A stretch of DNA of 34,970 bases, taken from a virus. Its lineage: Duplodnaviria; Caudoviricetes. The stretch spans positions 1-34,970 of the IMG/VR virus record IMGVR_UViG_3300043764_000020. One strand, given 5' to 3'. Shown here one piece after another: positions 8,733-17,435 of this stretch. Position 1 is the first letter of the stretch; each line of letters opens with the position of its first letter. The notes beneath the pieces are model-generated. The model ran no database searches. It saw nothing but the letters and a program-made list of their open reading frames with translations, and was not told where the DNA came from. Both the position numbers and the translations under genes were made by a program.

Positions 8733-9085
8733 TTGCCGATCCAGACCAGCTTGAGCCCGTACATTTCCGTCCAGACCTTGCCGCGCTCGGGCATGGACAG
8801 CCCCTTCGGCATGCTGTGGGTGAGGTGCACGGTCTTGTGCCAGTCGAAGCCGGAGCCGTCCCGGTCGTTGGGGTCCTTGAACAGGAACCGGGCGTCCAGG
8901 TGGCCGACGTGATGGGCGATCAGCAGGAACGAGCGGGCTTCGGCGGCGGTGATCTCGATGAACAGGAGATCCTGGTCTTCCTGGGGTACGCCCGCGTATT
9001 CCAGGTGGGTGTGCAGCTTCCAGGCCCGCGCGGCGAGGCGGTGTACGAGGTCTGCCTCTTCGTCCAGGGTGTCGTGGTCGCTCAT
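8729..9085 (-). CDS. hypothetical protein (MSDHDTLDEE...)
   Basis: ATGA overlap, GGAGG RBS. Confidence 0.8.
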   Translation of the reverse strand: MSDHDTLDEEADLVHRLAARAWKLHTHLEYAGVPQEDQDLLFIEITAAEARSFLLIAHHVGHLDARFLFKDPNDRDGSGFDWHKTVHLTHSMPKGLSMPERGKVWTEMYGLKLVWIGN

Positions 9086-9696
9086 TCGGTGCCCTCCGGG
9101 GCGTCGGGGATCTGGGTGACCGGTACGGGGCCGGTGTAGGCGTCGGGGTAGGCGTCCTGGAACTCGCGGGGGCTCAGCATGGATCCGCTGATCCATTCCG
9201 TGGTGTCCTTCTCCAGGTACCAGATGGAGAACCGGACGTGGCCGCCCGAGGTCAGCCGGTCGATCCGGGCGAGGGCCACACCGGTCTTGTGCTTGTAGAC
9301 GCCCTTCTCCCGCAGCTTCGGGGAGGACAGCCCGCGTGCGAACTCTGCCAGCCTCTCCAGCTGGTCGTCCCTCAGGCCCCGCAGCGCCGGGTGCGCGGCG
9401 ATCCGGTGGGTCCCGATCAGCTCCTCTTCCAGCTGGGTGGCGTCCTGCTGCTCCAACTGGGAGATCATTGCGCTGCGGAGGTGGGCCAGGTACAGGGCGC
9501 GGATGTCCTCGAACGGGATCTGCACCTGCACGAACTCGCCCTCTTCGCCGGGCAGGTTGTGCACGGCGCTGGCGGTCGTGCGGTCCTTATCGGGGTAGCG
9601 GGTCTGGTCGCGGACCGGGATGTGCACGTGCACGCTGCCGGAGTAGTCGCCGTTGTGGGCGTACCACTGCCCGGAGGGTCCCTGGGTGCTGTGCAT
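9082..9696 (-). CDS. hypothetical protein, 204 aa
   Basis: GAGGAG RBS; motif at 9727-9741. Confidence 0.85.
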   Translation of the reverse strand: MHSTQGPSGQWYAHNGDYSGSVHVHIPVRDQTRYPDKDRTTASAVHNLPGEEGEFVQVQIPFEDIRALYLAHLRSAMISQLEQQDATQLEEELIGTHRIAAHPALRGLRDDQLERLAEFARGLSSPKLREKGVYKHKTGVALARIDRLTSGGHVRFSIWYLEKDTTEWISGSMLSPREFQDAYPDAYTGPVPVTQIPDAPEGTE

Positions 9697-9743
9697 GATC
9701 GTTCTCCTCGGTAAGGGGTTGGGGATGTGTCTACCCTAGCACA

Positions 9744-10055
9744 TCAATGGGGACGGGCGGGCTTATCCAGGTGCAGCACGTTGGCAGCCATCCGGATACC
9801 CGTCCACTCCCCCGGCTCCAGGAACCGCTTGATCTCGTCGGCATGCTGGCGAAGGTGCTCCGCCTCCCGCTTCAGGACGTCCCGCTTGTGGAAGTCCATC
9901 ACGGCCACCAGGTCATTCCAGCGGGGATCGTCGGGATGCCATCCAGCCGTGATGCGGCGCAGCCGGTCTACCTGCTCCGGGTAGTTGAGGGCCAGCGCCG
10001 TCAAGCGGGGCGACGGCGGTTCGGGTGCCTGGGGCTCCCGGGGCAAGCGGGGCAT
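9744..10055 (-). CDS. hypothetical protein, 103 aa
   Basis: AAGGAG RBS. Confidence 0.75.
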   Translation of the reverse strand: MPRLPREPQAPEPPSPRLTALALNYPEQVDRLRRITAGWHPDDPRWNDLVAVMDFHKRDVLKREAEHLRQHADEIKRFLEPGEWTGIRMAANVLHLDKPARPH

Positions 10056-10057
10056 GC

Positions 10058-10249
10058 CTACTCCTTGTTGGGGTCGCGTTCGCTGCGGATCTGTCTGCGG
10101 ATGGGTAGTTCGGCCGCCCAGACCTCATCCGCTGTCATGCCGGTCTGGGTGAGCTGCCAGCGGATGTCCGTGACGGCATCACAGCGGCGCAAGGCGGCTT
10201 CGAGCTGGCGGATGAGCTGGCGGCGAAGGCGCTGCCGTTCACGGCTCAG
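10058..10249 (-). CDS. hypothetical helical protein with apparent CTG start
   Basis: Open frame fills the gap; CTGA overlap with upstream stop; GGAG 8 nt upstream. Confidence 0.5.
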   Translation of the reverse strand: MSRERQRLRRQLIRQLEAALRRCDAVTDIRWQLTQTGMTADEVWAAELPIRRQIRSERDPNKE

Positions 10250-10584
10250 AGCGTCTGCTCCGGGTAGCAGGTGAGGCAGTAGGTGCGCCCGCACGGGTTC
10301 TCGGCCGGGTCGATCTTGTCCACGAGGGCGAGGGCAACCGCCCGGAACGGGTCGCTGTAGGCGGTGTTGGCAATCACCCAGTGCAGGTGCTCCACCAGCA
10401 CACGGGCAGCGGACTCGAAGTGCGTCCGCATCCCGTTCTCGATCTGCTCCTCCGTCCGCCCGGCGTCGCGCAGGGCCTGCCGCTGGGCTCCAGCACTGGC
10501 CTTGTACATGCGGATTGCTTCCGGCTCCTCGCCGTCCGGTCCGATCGGGCCCAGCAGCCGCTTGTAGTCGAACTTGTCGTCCAT
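10246..10584 (-). CDS. hypothetical protein with C-terminal CxxxxCxxC
   Basis: GAGGAG RBS; MDDKFDYKRLL... Confidence 0.8.
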   Translation of the reverse strand: MDDKFDYKRLLGPIGPDGEEPEAIRMYKASAGAQRQALRDAGRTEEQIENGMRTHFESAARVLVEHLHWVIANTAYSDPFRAVALALVDKIDPAENPCGRTYCLTCYPEQTL

Positions 10585-10586
10585 GA

Positions 10587-10715
10587 TCATCTCTCCTCGT
10601 GTTCGCAGTCCCAGGCGATATCGCAGGTACAGCCCACGACGTGCCCCGGGCAAGCCCAGCACCCGTCACAGGTGCAGGGCTGCTCGGGGCCGTGCGGGCA
10701 GCAGTCGTCACACAT
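10587..10715 (-). CDS. Cys-rich metallothionein-like protein, 42 aa
   Basis: Hand-translated MCDDCCPHGPEQPCTCDGCWACPGHVVGCTCDIAWDCEHEER; TGATG coupling; fills the gap exactly. Confidence 0.7.
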   Translation of the reverse strand: MCDDCCPHGPEQPCTCDGCWACPGHVVGCTCDIAWDCEHEER

Positions 10716-11071
10716 CAGGCGCTCGTGGAGCGGTGCTGGCCGTCCTGGATGCCGTGGTGCAGGACCTCCACGGAGTCCACGGCGGTGTTGTGGGTCCAGA
10801 ACTGGCCGTCCGCGTTCTCGGTGACCAGGTACATCCCCACAGCCTGCTGCGGGTCCTCAAGGGCCTTGCGCCACCACAGGTCGATCTGCTGGACGGCCAG
10901 ATCCTTCTGGAAGCCGACGACCCGCTTGGGCTTGCCCTGCCAGACGTCCTGCCGCTGGACGCCGCCGTCCGGGTCGACGTAGAACGGGTAGGGCAGCTTG
11001 CTCAGCGGGGTGCCGTCGCTGGCGATGTGGTCGGTGAACGGGGCAGTCTGGATCTTTACGGTGAGGCTCAT
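10715..11071 (-). CDS. hypothetical protein, 118 aa
   Basis: GAGGAG RBS, GC3-rich codons. Confidence 0.85.
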   Translation of the reverse strand: MSLTVKIQTAPFTDHIASDGTPLSKLPYPFYVDPDGGVQRQDVWQGKPKRVVGFQKDLAVQQIDLWWRKALEDPQQAVGMYLVTENADGQFWTHNTAVDSVEVLHHGIQDGQHRSTSA

Positions 11072-11083
11072 GGGTGGCTCTCC

Positions 11084-11473
11084 TCAGATGACGTCGTCTT
11101 CGGGGCGGCCGTTGGTCAACCACTCCTCGGGCAGTGGTGCGTGGCCCGCTTCGGCGGCGCGGGCCGGGAACCTCTCGGGGAAGTAGTCCACTACGAACCG
11201 GGCTCCCCGGTCTTCCTGGATCTCCCGCACAGTCTCCAGGATGAGGTCCCGGGTGATTTCCTCGGCCCAGTCGGGGTGCCGGGTGTGGGCGTAGAAGGAG
11301 TGGACCAGCTTCTCGCCGCCGAGTCCCCCGGGGATGGCGTAGACGCCGACTCCGATGGTGGCTCCGACGTCGCGGGTGGCGATGCGGAAGTAGCCGAAGA
11401 ACTGGCGGCTCTCTTCGCTGTCCCGGGCGGTCCAGTGGACGTGGGTGATGAGGTTGGCGGATACGAGGCTCAC
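11084..11473 (-). CDS. hypothetical protein (MSLVSANLITH...)
   Basis: GTGA overlap with upstream gene. Confidence 0.75.
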   Translation of the reverse strand: MSLVSANLITHVHWTARDSEESRQFFGYFRIATRDVGATIGVGVYAIPGGLGGEKLVHSFYAHTRHPDWAEEITRDLILETVREIQEDRGARFVVDYFPERFPARAAEAGHAPLPEEWLTNGRPEDDVI

Positions 11474-11652
11474 AGGGACCACACCTGCCCGTCCATACGG
11501 TGCTGGCGCTGCTTGCAGCGGGTGCACTGCCGTGTCTCGTGCACGGTGACCTCCTCGTTGGCACAGGGCGGCTCGTGGGCTACCCAGTCGGTCCAGTCGT
11601 GCAGCCAGAACGCGCACAGGAAGGCGTTCTTGAAGAAGGTAGCGAGTGACAT
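11470..11652 (-). CDS. small Zn-binding phage protein (DUF1660-like), leaderless
   Basis: LCAFWLHDW..CTRC; ATG directly follows motif 11653-11667. Confidence 0.75.
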   Translation of the reverse strand: MSLATFFKNAFLCAFWLHDWTDWVAHEPPCANEEVTVHETRQCTRCKQRQHRMDGQVWSL

Positions 11653-11806
11653 GTCTCTACCCTAGCACAGCTGAGGGTGTGAAGAAGCCCGGCCGATGGA
11701 GTCAGATCGACCGGGCTTCCGGCACAAGATACGGGCTGAACAGCGGTTTTGTTCACCCGATGAACAATGAGTTTTACCTCACAGGCAAAACCCCCGCTTC
11801 AGCAGG

Positions 11807-12724
11807 TCAGGCGGCGACTCCGTTGGCCTTTGCCCACGCCTCCAGGGCCCTGTAAGCGGCCAGCGTGTTCGGGTCGACCGCAGGGACCGGGACCGGCGTC
11901 GGAGTCGGCACAGGGGTCGGCTGCGGCTGCGGAGAAGGCTGCGGAGCGGGCGCCGGAGCCGGGATCGGGTTGGCCTGCCCGGTGAGCGCGGCGAACGCCT
12001 GCCCCAGGGAGTACAGGTCGATCCCCACCGGAGCCTGCCCGTTGGCCGCGATCCAGTCCGGGGTGATGATCACCCAGGCCTCATCGACGTACTTCGTCCA
12101 GAACGCCGGGGTCATCTCCTGGACAGCCCCCCAGGTGATGCACACGAGGTTGCCGTTCGCCTTGTAGCCGACGACGGTCACACAGTGGCCGCCCTCCAGC
12201 TGGGAGCCTCGCACGACGTCCCACGGCTTGCCCTGGTTGAACTGGTCCATCGCGGACGCCGGGAAGTTGAAACCGATGTCGACGGCGCCGAAGAGGTCCA
12301 CGGCCTGCTTGATCAGCGTCATGTTGCTGACCTTCACCGAGGCGTACGCGGTGATCTTGTGCCCGGAGACGCCGTTCTTGCGCCAGTAGCCCAGGATGTC
12401 CTGGATGTAGGCGCCCTGGTCGGTGCTCGGGTCAGCGGGGTTGTACCCGGCCGCCTTCTCGTAGAGGGAGATCACGTCAGAGTTCGCGATGGTGGCCGTG
12501 GTGCCCAAGGCGTAGGCCGTCCAGCCCTGAATCAGGTGACCCACAGCGGCGCACGTGCAATCGCCTAAAGCGTCATTCCCGTACATAGGCCACGAGTTGA
12601 CCTTCGTGTACCAGTCCACGGACGTCGGAGGAGCGGGGAGCGACCCGGTCAGGTGGTCTTCGAGCCGCAGCTGAGGCCGCGCGGGCTGTGCATGCAACCG
12701 GCCCAGGGGTAAGTGAGAAGACAT
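11807..12724 (-). CDS. papain-like (C1A-type) cysteine peptidase, candidate endolysin
   Basis: NDALGDCTCAA catalytic Cys, GGHCVTVVGY catalytic His, TWG; Pro-rich linker and short C-terminal helix; 2 TTA codons. Confidence 0.8.
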   Translation of the reverse strand: MSSHLPLGRLHAQPARPQLRLEDHLTGSLPAPPTSVDWYTKVNSWPMYGNDALGDCTCAAVGHLIQGWTAYALGTTATIANSDVISLYEKAAGYNPADPSTDQGAYIQDILGYWRKNGVSGHKITAYASVKVSNMTLIKQAVDLFGAVDIGFNFPASAMDQFNQGKPWDVVRGSQLEGGHCVTVVGYKANGNLVCITWGAVQEMTPAFWTKYVDEAWVIITPDWIAANGQAPVGIDLYSLGQAFAALTGQANPIPAPAPAPQPSPQPQPTPVPTPTPVPVPAVDPNTLAAYRALEAWAKANGVAA

Positions 12725-12796
12725 CGGCAGCCTTTCTTGCAGGATTCCTAACTAAAAAATTTACCCCCGCTGACCGCAGCGGGGGCAAAGGCGAGA

Positions 12797-13501
12797 TCAC
12801 ATCTCGTTATGAGAATCCTTTGAACTGCTGCGGTTGGCTCCTCTGCGGACGTTGCAAATCCAGTGGGCTATCCGGCTGTTGGCCCGGGTGTGCGGGCCGC
12901 CGTGTGCTAGGGGTATGACGTGGTCCAGTGACTGGGACCAGAGATCCGGCCACTCCAGCAGGGGGTCGACCGGCTCGGTGCAGATGCCGCAGATCCAGCC
13001 GTCCCGCTGTCCGATCTCTTCGCGGGTGAACTCCTCGGAGTCACCGTTGTCCCGCTTGCGGGCCCGACGACGGTGAACGGCGTTGATCCCCTTGTCCGGG
13101 TTCGCCTGCTGCCAGGCCTTGATCCGCTCGGCGCACAGTTCGGGGTTGCGGGCCAGGTACGCAGCGGATGCTGCACGGTGGGTTGCCTGCCGCGCCTCCC
13201 GCTGCTCCGGTGTCAGGGAGGCTTCCCAAGCCTGGTGCCACTGTGCCCGCTTCTCGCGGTTGTCTTCCTGCCACTGCCGGTACGTCGCCTTGTTCCGCTG
13301 GTATTCCGCCTGCCTCAGCGTGCGAACGTGCTCGGGGTTATCCGCTGCCCGCCGCTTCTTGTAGGCGCTGTGGCACTCCAGGCAGCGGGCCTGCCGTCCG
13401 TCCTTCTTGCGCTTGTCCGTTGAGAACGCCGTCAGGGGCTTGGTCTCCCGGCAGGTGGAGCACGCCTTAGACGGCTCACCGGGGGCACTACTATGGGTCA
13501 T
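12797..13501 (-). CDS. free-standing HNH endonuclease with N-terminal Zn finger
   Basis: CSTC..K..F..DG...CLEC; C-terminal CGIC..SLDHVIPLAHGGPH...N...AH..CN. Confidence 0.9.
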   Translation of the reverse strand: MTHSSAPGEPSKACSTCRETKPLTAFSTDKRKKDGRQARCLECHSAYKKRRAADNPEHVRTLRQAEYQRNKATYRQWQEDNREKRAQWHQAWEASLTPEQREARQATHRAASAAYLARNPELCAERIKAWQQANPDKGINAVHRRRARKRDNGDSEEFTREEIGQRDGWICGICTEPVDPLLEWPDLWSQSLDHVIPLAHGGPHTRANSRIAHWICNVRRGANRSSSKDSHNEM

Positions 13502-13750
13502 GTCGTCCTGTCTTCCTCAGGATGGCCACGACCCCGGGAGTGTTCCAGCACTCGCCGGGGTTTCTTCGTTCTCGATCTTACTCCAGCAGGCTTCCTGACA
13601 GTCTGTGTAACGGATCGACTACAGGCGAAAGGGTTGTACAGACAACCGGCCTTTTTCTGTGGCAATCGTCTCAGGCAGGATTTCCCGCAGACTGGGTAGC
13701 AGCAGTGGTTACCGATGAGTACCGCTGGTTGTATCTACCCCAAAAGAAGA

Positions 13751-13779
13751 GGCCCGGAGAGACTGGATCTCTCCGGGCC
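13751..13779 (-). terminator. intrinsic terminator
   Basis: GGCCCGGAGAGA / TCTCTCCGGGCC stem with TCTTCTTTT on minus strand. Confidence 0.75.
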
Positions 13780-13801
13780 GTTCACTCCCCCGTTACCGTC
13801 T

Positions 13802-13969
13802 TTACTGCGCGAGCTGCCGGGTCTGGAGGTCCGCCGTCAGGCGAACAGTGACCCAAGCCGGGAGAACCCGGACATCTTCATCCACCGAACTCCGGTCATT
13901 CCGGACAAGTTCACGGAACGGGTCCTCTGCACCGAAGGCATCGGTCATGAGGGCAGTGAAAACGGGCAT
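13802..13969 (-). CDS. hypothetical protein, 55 aa (MPVFTALMTDAFG...)
   Basis: Hand-translated; AGGAG RBS; terminator follows. Confidence 0.6.
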   Translation of the reverse strand: MPVFTALMTDAFGAEDPFRELVRNDRSSVDEDVRVLPAWVTVRLTADLQTRQLAQ

Positions 13970-14077
13970 AAACGACTCCTGGTGAAAAAAACGGCGGCGT
14001 GGCCGTTCACCGTCCCCCCAGATGGAGACCTTGTGAAGAACACACTACTCCGCTGACTCCGTGGCACCAGCAGTCAT

Positions 14078-14452
14078 CTAACGCTTCTTCGGGGACCGCT
14101 TCCGCTTATCTTGCGCCGAGAAGGCCACCCTCCAACGTCCCTCACCCACTCGGTGAATTGGGTCCAACGAGATCCCGACATCCAGATGCATCGCAGATGC
14201 ACGTAGCCGGTTGCGGACCTCCTCCGCCACGTCCTCCGTTGGGGCGTCCACACGCAAAGCGGGGCGCTCTCGGCGAACCGAGGGCTTATTGGCCTCCACC
14301 CACTTCTGGTACGCCTCTGTTACGAGTCTGTCGAAGTACCGCTGCACTTCATCCCGGTCCCGAGACCGGTCCACTGCACGCAGTGTGGTTTCACCAGTGG
14401 CCAGGTCTTCGAGGTCTCCGATGGACAGACGGCTGTCTCGTTCCGTTTGCAT
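14078..14452 (-). CDS. hypothetical protein (MQTERDSRLSIG...)
   Basis: AGGAG RBS; lower GC3 than neighbours. Confidence 0.75.
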   Translation of the reverse strand: MQTERDSRLSIGDLEDLATGETTLRAVDRSRDRDEVQRYFDRLVTEAYQKWVEANKPSVRRERPALRVDAPTEDVAEEVRNRLRASAMHLDVGISLDPIHRVGEGRWRVAFSAQDKRKRSPKKR

Positions 14453-14789
14453 GCTCTTGCGTCTCCTGGGTGGTGGTCTGGGCGTGCTAGGCACGCATGG
14501 CGAGACGACCGGCTCTGTACTCCCTTGATACTGCCTGGGGCGTATGTCCGATATCTGTTCGTTAGCTACATCTCGCCATGTTTCGCCACTCTGGGGCTCG
14601 GGTCAAATCGAGTGGCCTATGTCTCTACACTGTCACCTGCGAACTCTATCACCCATGTTTGTTAGTTGTTACGCGACAACTCTTTGCTTATGAGCCCTGC
14701 TACTACTAGCGCGTAACGGCGAAGATACGTCACACCCCAACCAACTCGCAACTAAAAGCGGGTTAGTTGAGGCTTGCAGGAAACCTGCG

Positions 14790-14972
14790 TCAAATGATGT
14801 CGCCGAGGCCTACGTTGAGGTAACCCGGCGCGCTGAACAGCCGCTTTAACTTCCCATTACCGCAGGTCGGACAGGGGTTCCCCTGCCATGCGTCCCGCTC
14901 CTCCACCGAAGCCGTGAGGTCTCGAACGTCTCGGCAGTCACTATTCGAACACCGGTACGAATAGGCAGGCAT
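14790..14972 (-). CDS. FmdB-family zinc-ribbon protein
   Basis: MPAYSYRC....C...CPTCG...LKRLFS signature; AGGAG RBS. Confidence 0.85.
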   Translation of the reverse strand: MPAYSYRCSNSDCRDVRDLTASVEERDAWQGNPCPTCGNGKLKRLFSAPGYLNVGLGDII

Positions 14973-14980
14973 GGCATCTC

Positions 14981-15307
14981 CTACGAGTCGTAGTGGAACT
15001 GAATATGCCCCGAAGGAATTCGGCGGCTTGGAATTAGGCACAGCGGGTAAAAGCAGCCGCCCCGGGTATTTCGCTCACGCTCTGTAGCTCTCATCCGAAT
15101 TACCGCGCACTCAGCGAAACAGGATGAACGACCGCATAATGCCCGGCGATCCAGCAGGTCAGACGCCCGGTCAGCGGTGTCCAAATAACCGGAGTAGACC
15201 GCTTCGCTTTCGCCGTACTCGCGGGACTGCTCCGCTGCCCTCAGTGCCCACTGGCGCAGCTGCTCAACCCTTTCCGAGGTCATCCCCGGATGCAGCCAGG
15301 CGCCCAC
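14981..15307 (-). CDS. hypothetical protein
   Basis: GGAGG RBS, TAGTG coupling to deaminase; start uncertain. Confidence 0.55.
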   Translation of the reverse strand: MGAWLHPGMTSERVEQLRQWALRAAEQSREYGESEAVYSGYLDTADRASDLLDRRALCGRSSCFAECAVIRMRATERERNTRGGCFYPLCLIPSRRIPSGHIQFHYDS

Positions 15308-15765
15308 TAGTAGCCACCTCCAGACGGCCACTGGACGGCTTCTGACGGCCTCTCCGCAGCCCAGGGCAGACCGGGTCCAGCGGGAGTCTCCACGAGGCTC
15401 ATGGCGCCTCCAGGGGTCACCCGCTCCACCGCATAACCGGAGCCGGTGGAGTAGACGACAGCCTTCACGCCGGACCGCTCGATAGCCGTCCAGCAGCGGG
15501 GGCAGGGCCGGGAGAGGGCCAGCCCGGACGGGGCCAGCCGGACCACGTAGAGGGTGGCTCCAGCGGCGTGTGTGCCGCGCAGGGCGGCCACCTCGGCGTG
15601 CACCGAGGAGCCCAGGTAGTCGATCGTCGGGGGGTTGCGGTGTTTGTTCGGGGCGCTGGAGAGGATGGATCCGCCCCGGACCACGAGGGCACCGTGTTTG
15701 AACGGGCAGTTTGAGAGCGCTGCATTACGGGCTGCCAGTTCAAGAAACCGCAGGTGGCGGCACAT
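15307..15765 (-). CDS. cytidine/dCMP deaminase-like protein
   Basis: KHGALVV, HAE and RPCPRC zinc motifs; GGGAGG RBS; motif variant at 15788-15802. Confidence 0.9.
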   Translation of the reverse strand: MCRHLRFLELAARNAALSNCPFKHGALVVRGGSILSSAPNKHRNPPTIDYLGSSVHAEVAALRGTHAAGATLYVVRLAPSGLALSRPCPRCWTAIERSGVKAVVYSTGSGYAVERVTPGGAMSLVETPAGPGLPWAAERPSEAVQWPSGGGY

Positions 15766-15821
15766 GTAGACCCTCCCGTCATGATCGGTATCTATCCTAA
15801 CGGTGGGGGCCATTTCACGAC

Positions 15822-15855
15822 AAAGCCCCGCCTGCTCGGTAGCAGGCGGGGCTTT
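15822..15855. terminator. bidirectional-type terminator
   Basis: AAAGCCCCGCCTGCT / AGCAGGCGGGGCTTT. Confidence 0.8.
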
Positions 15856-15871
15856 GGGGGCCGCTAGAGGG

Positions 15872-16123
15872 CTACTTGCACTTCGGGTACGGCTCCCCGA
15901 TGTAGCAGCTCTCGTAGATCCCGGCCGGGAGGACCACGGTGGCCGTCTTGCCGTCCTTGGTGTGCACGATGAGCGTGGCGCCCTTGGCCTTCATCGGGGC
16001 GCCTCCGGTGCGTGCCACGACCGTGCCGGTGGGCTCGGGGCCGCTCGGGTCGCAGGCGGTGAGGCTGACGGCGGTCGCGGCAACGAGGGTGGCGAGGGCG
16101 ACGGTCTTGACGGTGCGGTTCAT
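15872..16123 (-). CDS. lipoprotein
   Basis: Signal peptide with LTAC lipobox; own promoter (16159-16173) and terminator. Confidence 0.85.
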   Translation of the reverse strand: MNRTVKTVALATLVAATAVSLTACDPSGPEPTGTVVARTGGAPMKAKGATLIVHTKDGKTATVVLPAGIYESCYIGEPYPKCK

Positions 16124-16196
16124 CGGGATCTCCTCGGTTCGGTGTTCCGTGCTTCGATGTATCTACCCTAGCAGGTGCTAGGGGACAGTGCAACCC

Positions 16197-16439
16197 TCAG
16201 CTGGTGGCCTTCTTCGCGGCTTCCCGCTCCAGCTCCCGGGCGGCCAGTCCTTTGGCGCCGTCGATGCTGCGGGCGACGACCCGGTACAGGTCCGAGATCT
16301 CCGGGTGCAGTGCCCGCAGCAGATTGGCACTGCCGTTGATTCCGAAGACGTCGTCTTCGAGGTAGGGGCCGACCGGGCGTCCGAGGGACTGGTGTCCGGT
16401 GCTGCCGTAGACGGGAACGAGGTAAACGGCTCTCTCCAT
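16197..16439 (-). CDS. hypothetical protein, leaderless
   Basis: ATG directly follows motif 16440-16454. Confidence 0.8.
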   Translation of the reverse strand: MERAVYLVPVYGSTGHQSLGRPVGPYLEDDVFGINGSANLLRALHPEISDLYRVVARSIDGAKGLAARELEREAAKKATS

Positions 16440-16460
16440 GTATCTACCCTATCACGTAGA

Positions 16461-16492
16461 AGCGCCCCCGGCAGGAAATTACCGGGGGCGCT
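16461..16492 (-). terminator. hairpin terminator
   Basis: AGCGCCCCCGG / CCGGGGGCGCT. Confidence 0.7.
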
Positions 16493-16505
16493 GAGGGACG
16501 GTCAG

Positions 16506-16859
16506 TCAGTTCTCCAGCTCGACCGTGAGCGTGTTCCCGGCCTCCAGCCGGACCAGCAAGGTGTTGTCCCCCTGGACGCAGATGCGGCCCTTGAGGTCGT
16601 GGAAGACCTTGATCGTGCCCCAGTTGGAGTCGAACTCGATCATGGACCCCTTGGGCAGGTTGGTCTTGCCCAGGCCGGTCTTCTCGAAGATCCGGACGTT
16701 GCTGCCCGGGTGCTCTCCCCGGACGGCGTCCACGATCGCCTGCATGTCCCGCACCTTGCCGCGCAGGGCGTCTATCCGGGCGCGGGCCCACGCTGCCAGC
16801 TTGGGCTCACGCGGGTCGGGGGTCAGGATCGGGATGGTGGGCTCAGTCATGATGGCCAC
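16506..16859 (-). CDS. hypothetical protein
   Basis: ORF track; start 16859 or ATGA overlap at 16850. Confidence 0.8.
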   Translation of the reverse strand: MAIMTEPTIPILTPDPREPKLAAWARARIDALRGKVRDMQAIVDAVRGEHPGSNVRIFEKTGLGKTNLPKGSMIEFDSNWGTIKVFHDLKGRICVQGDNTLLVRLEAGNTLTVELEN

Positions 16860-17050
16860 TCGCCTTCCAGGCTGGTTACACGGGCGTTGACGTAGGTGGA
16901 TGCGTTGCCGCCGATACCGGCGTGACTCTGGACCTGCTTCAAGATGGCCAGTTCAAGCGCGAAGATCTGTTCCCAGGTGGCTCCGGCGCGCAGCAGGTCC
17001 TTTTTGGCCTGCCGCACGCGGACCTCAACTTCGCTGGAATGCCTGCTCAT
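16847..17050 (-). CDS. hypothetical protein (MSRHSSEVEV...)
   Basis: TGATG coupling at 17050. Confidence 0.7.
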   Translation of the reverse strand: MSRHSSEVEVRVRQAKKDLLRAGATWEQIFALELAILKQVQSHAGIGGNASTYVNARVTSLEGEWPS

Positions 17051-17355
17051 CAGAACCCCCAGGCGGCCGGGAGGCCCCACGCGATGCGAGCCTCTTCCTC
17101 GTAGGTCTCCCAGGCCGTGATAGTGCCGGTGATGGGTGCGCCGCAGTCGCCGTACCGCGCCGCGATGTCCTGCTCCATGGCGATCTCCTGCTCCCAGTAC
17201 TTGTGCTCGTGCCACTCGTAGGGAGTGAACCGCTCGTGCTCCTCGCCCACGAACAGGTCGTTCGCCGTCCCGTAGGCCCACGAGGTGTTGCTGACTCGGG
17301 GGCAGGTCTGGTCTTCAGTGTCGAAGAGGCTGGTGTGCGGCTTGCGGTGCTTCAC
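17050..17355 (-). CDS. hypothetical protein, 101 aa
   Basis: AGGAG RBS; motif at 17390-17404. Confidence 0.8.
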   Translation of the reverse strand: MKHRKPHTSLFDTEDQTCPRVSNTSWAYGTANDLFVGEEHERFTPYEWHEHKYWEQEIAMEQDIAARYGDCGAPITGTITAWETYEEEARIAWGLPAAWGF

Positions 17356-17435
17356 GGCGGTCTCCTAGGGGTTGGTGTCCGACTGCGTTATATCTACCCT
17401 AGCACATGAAGGGGAGCTGTCAACTCCCCCTCGCG

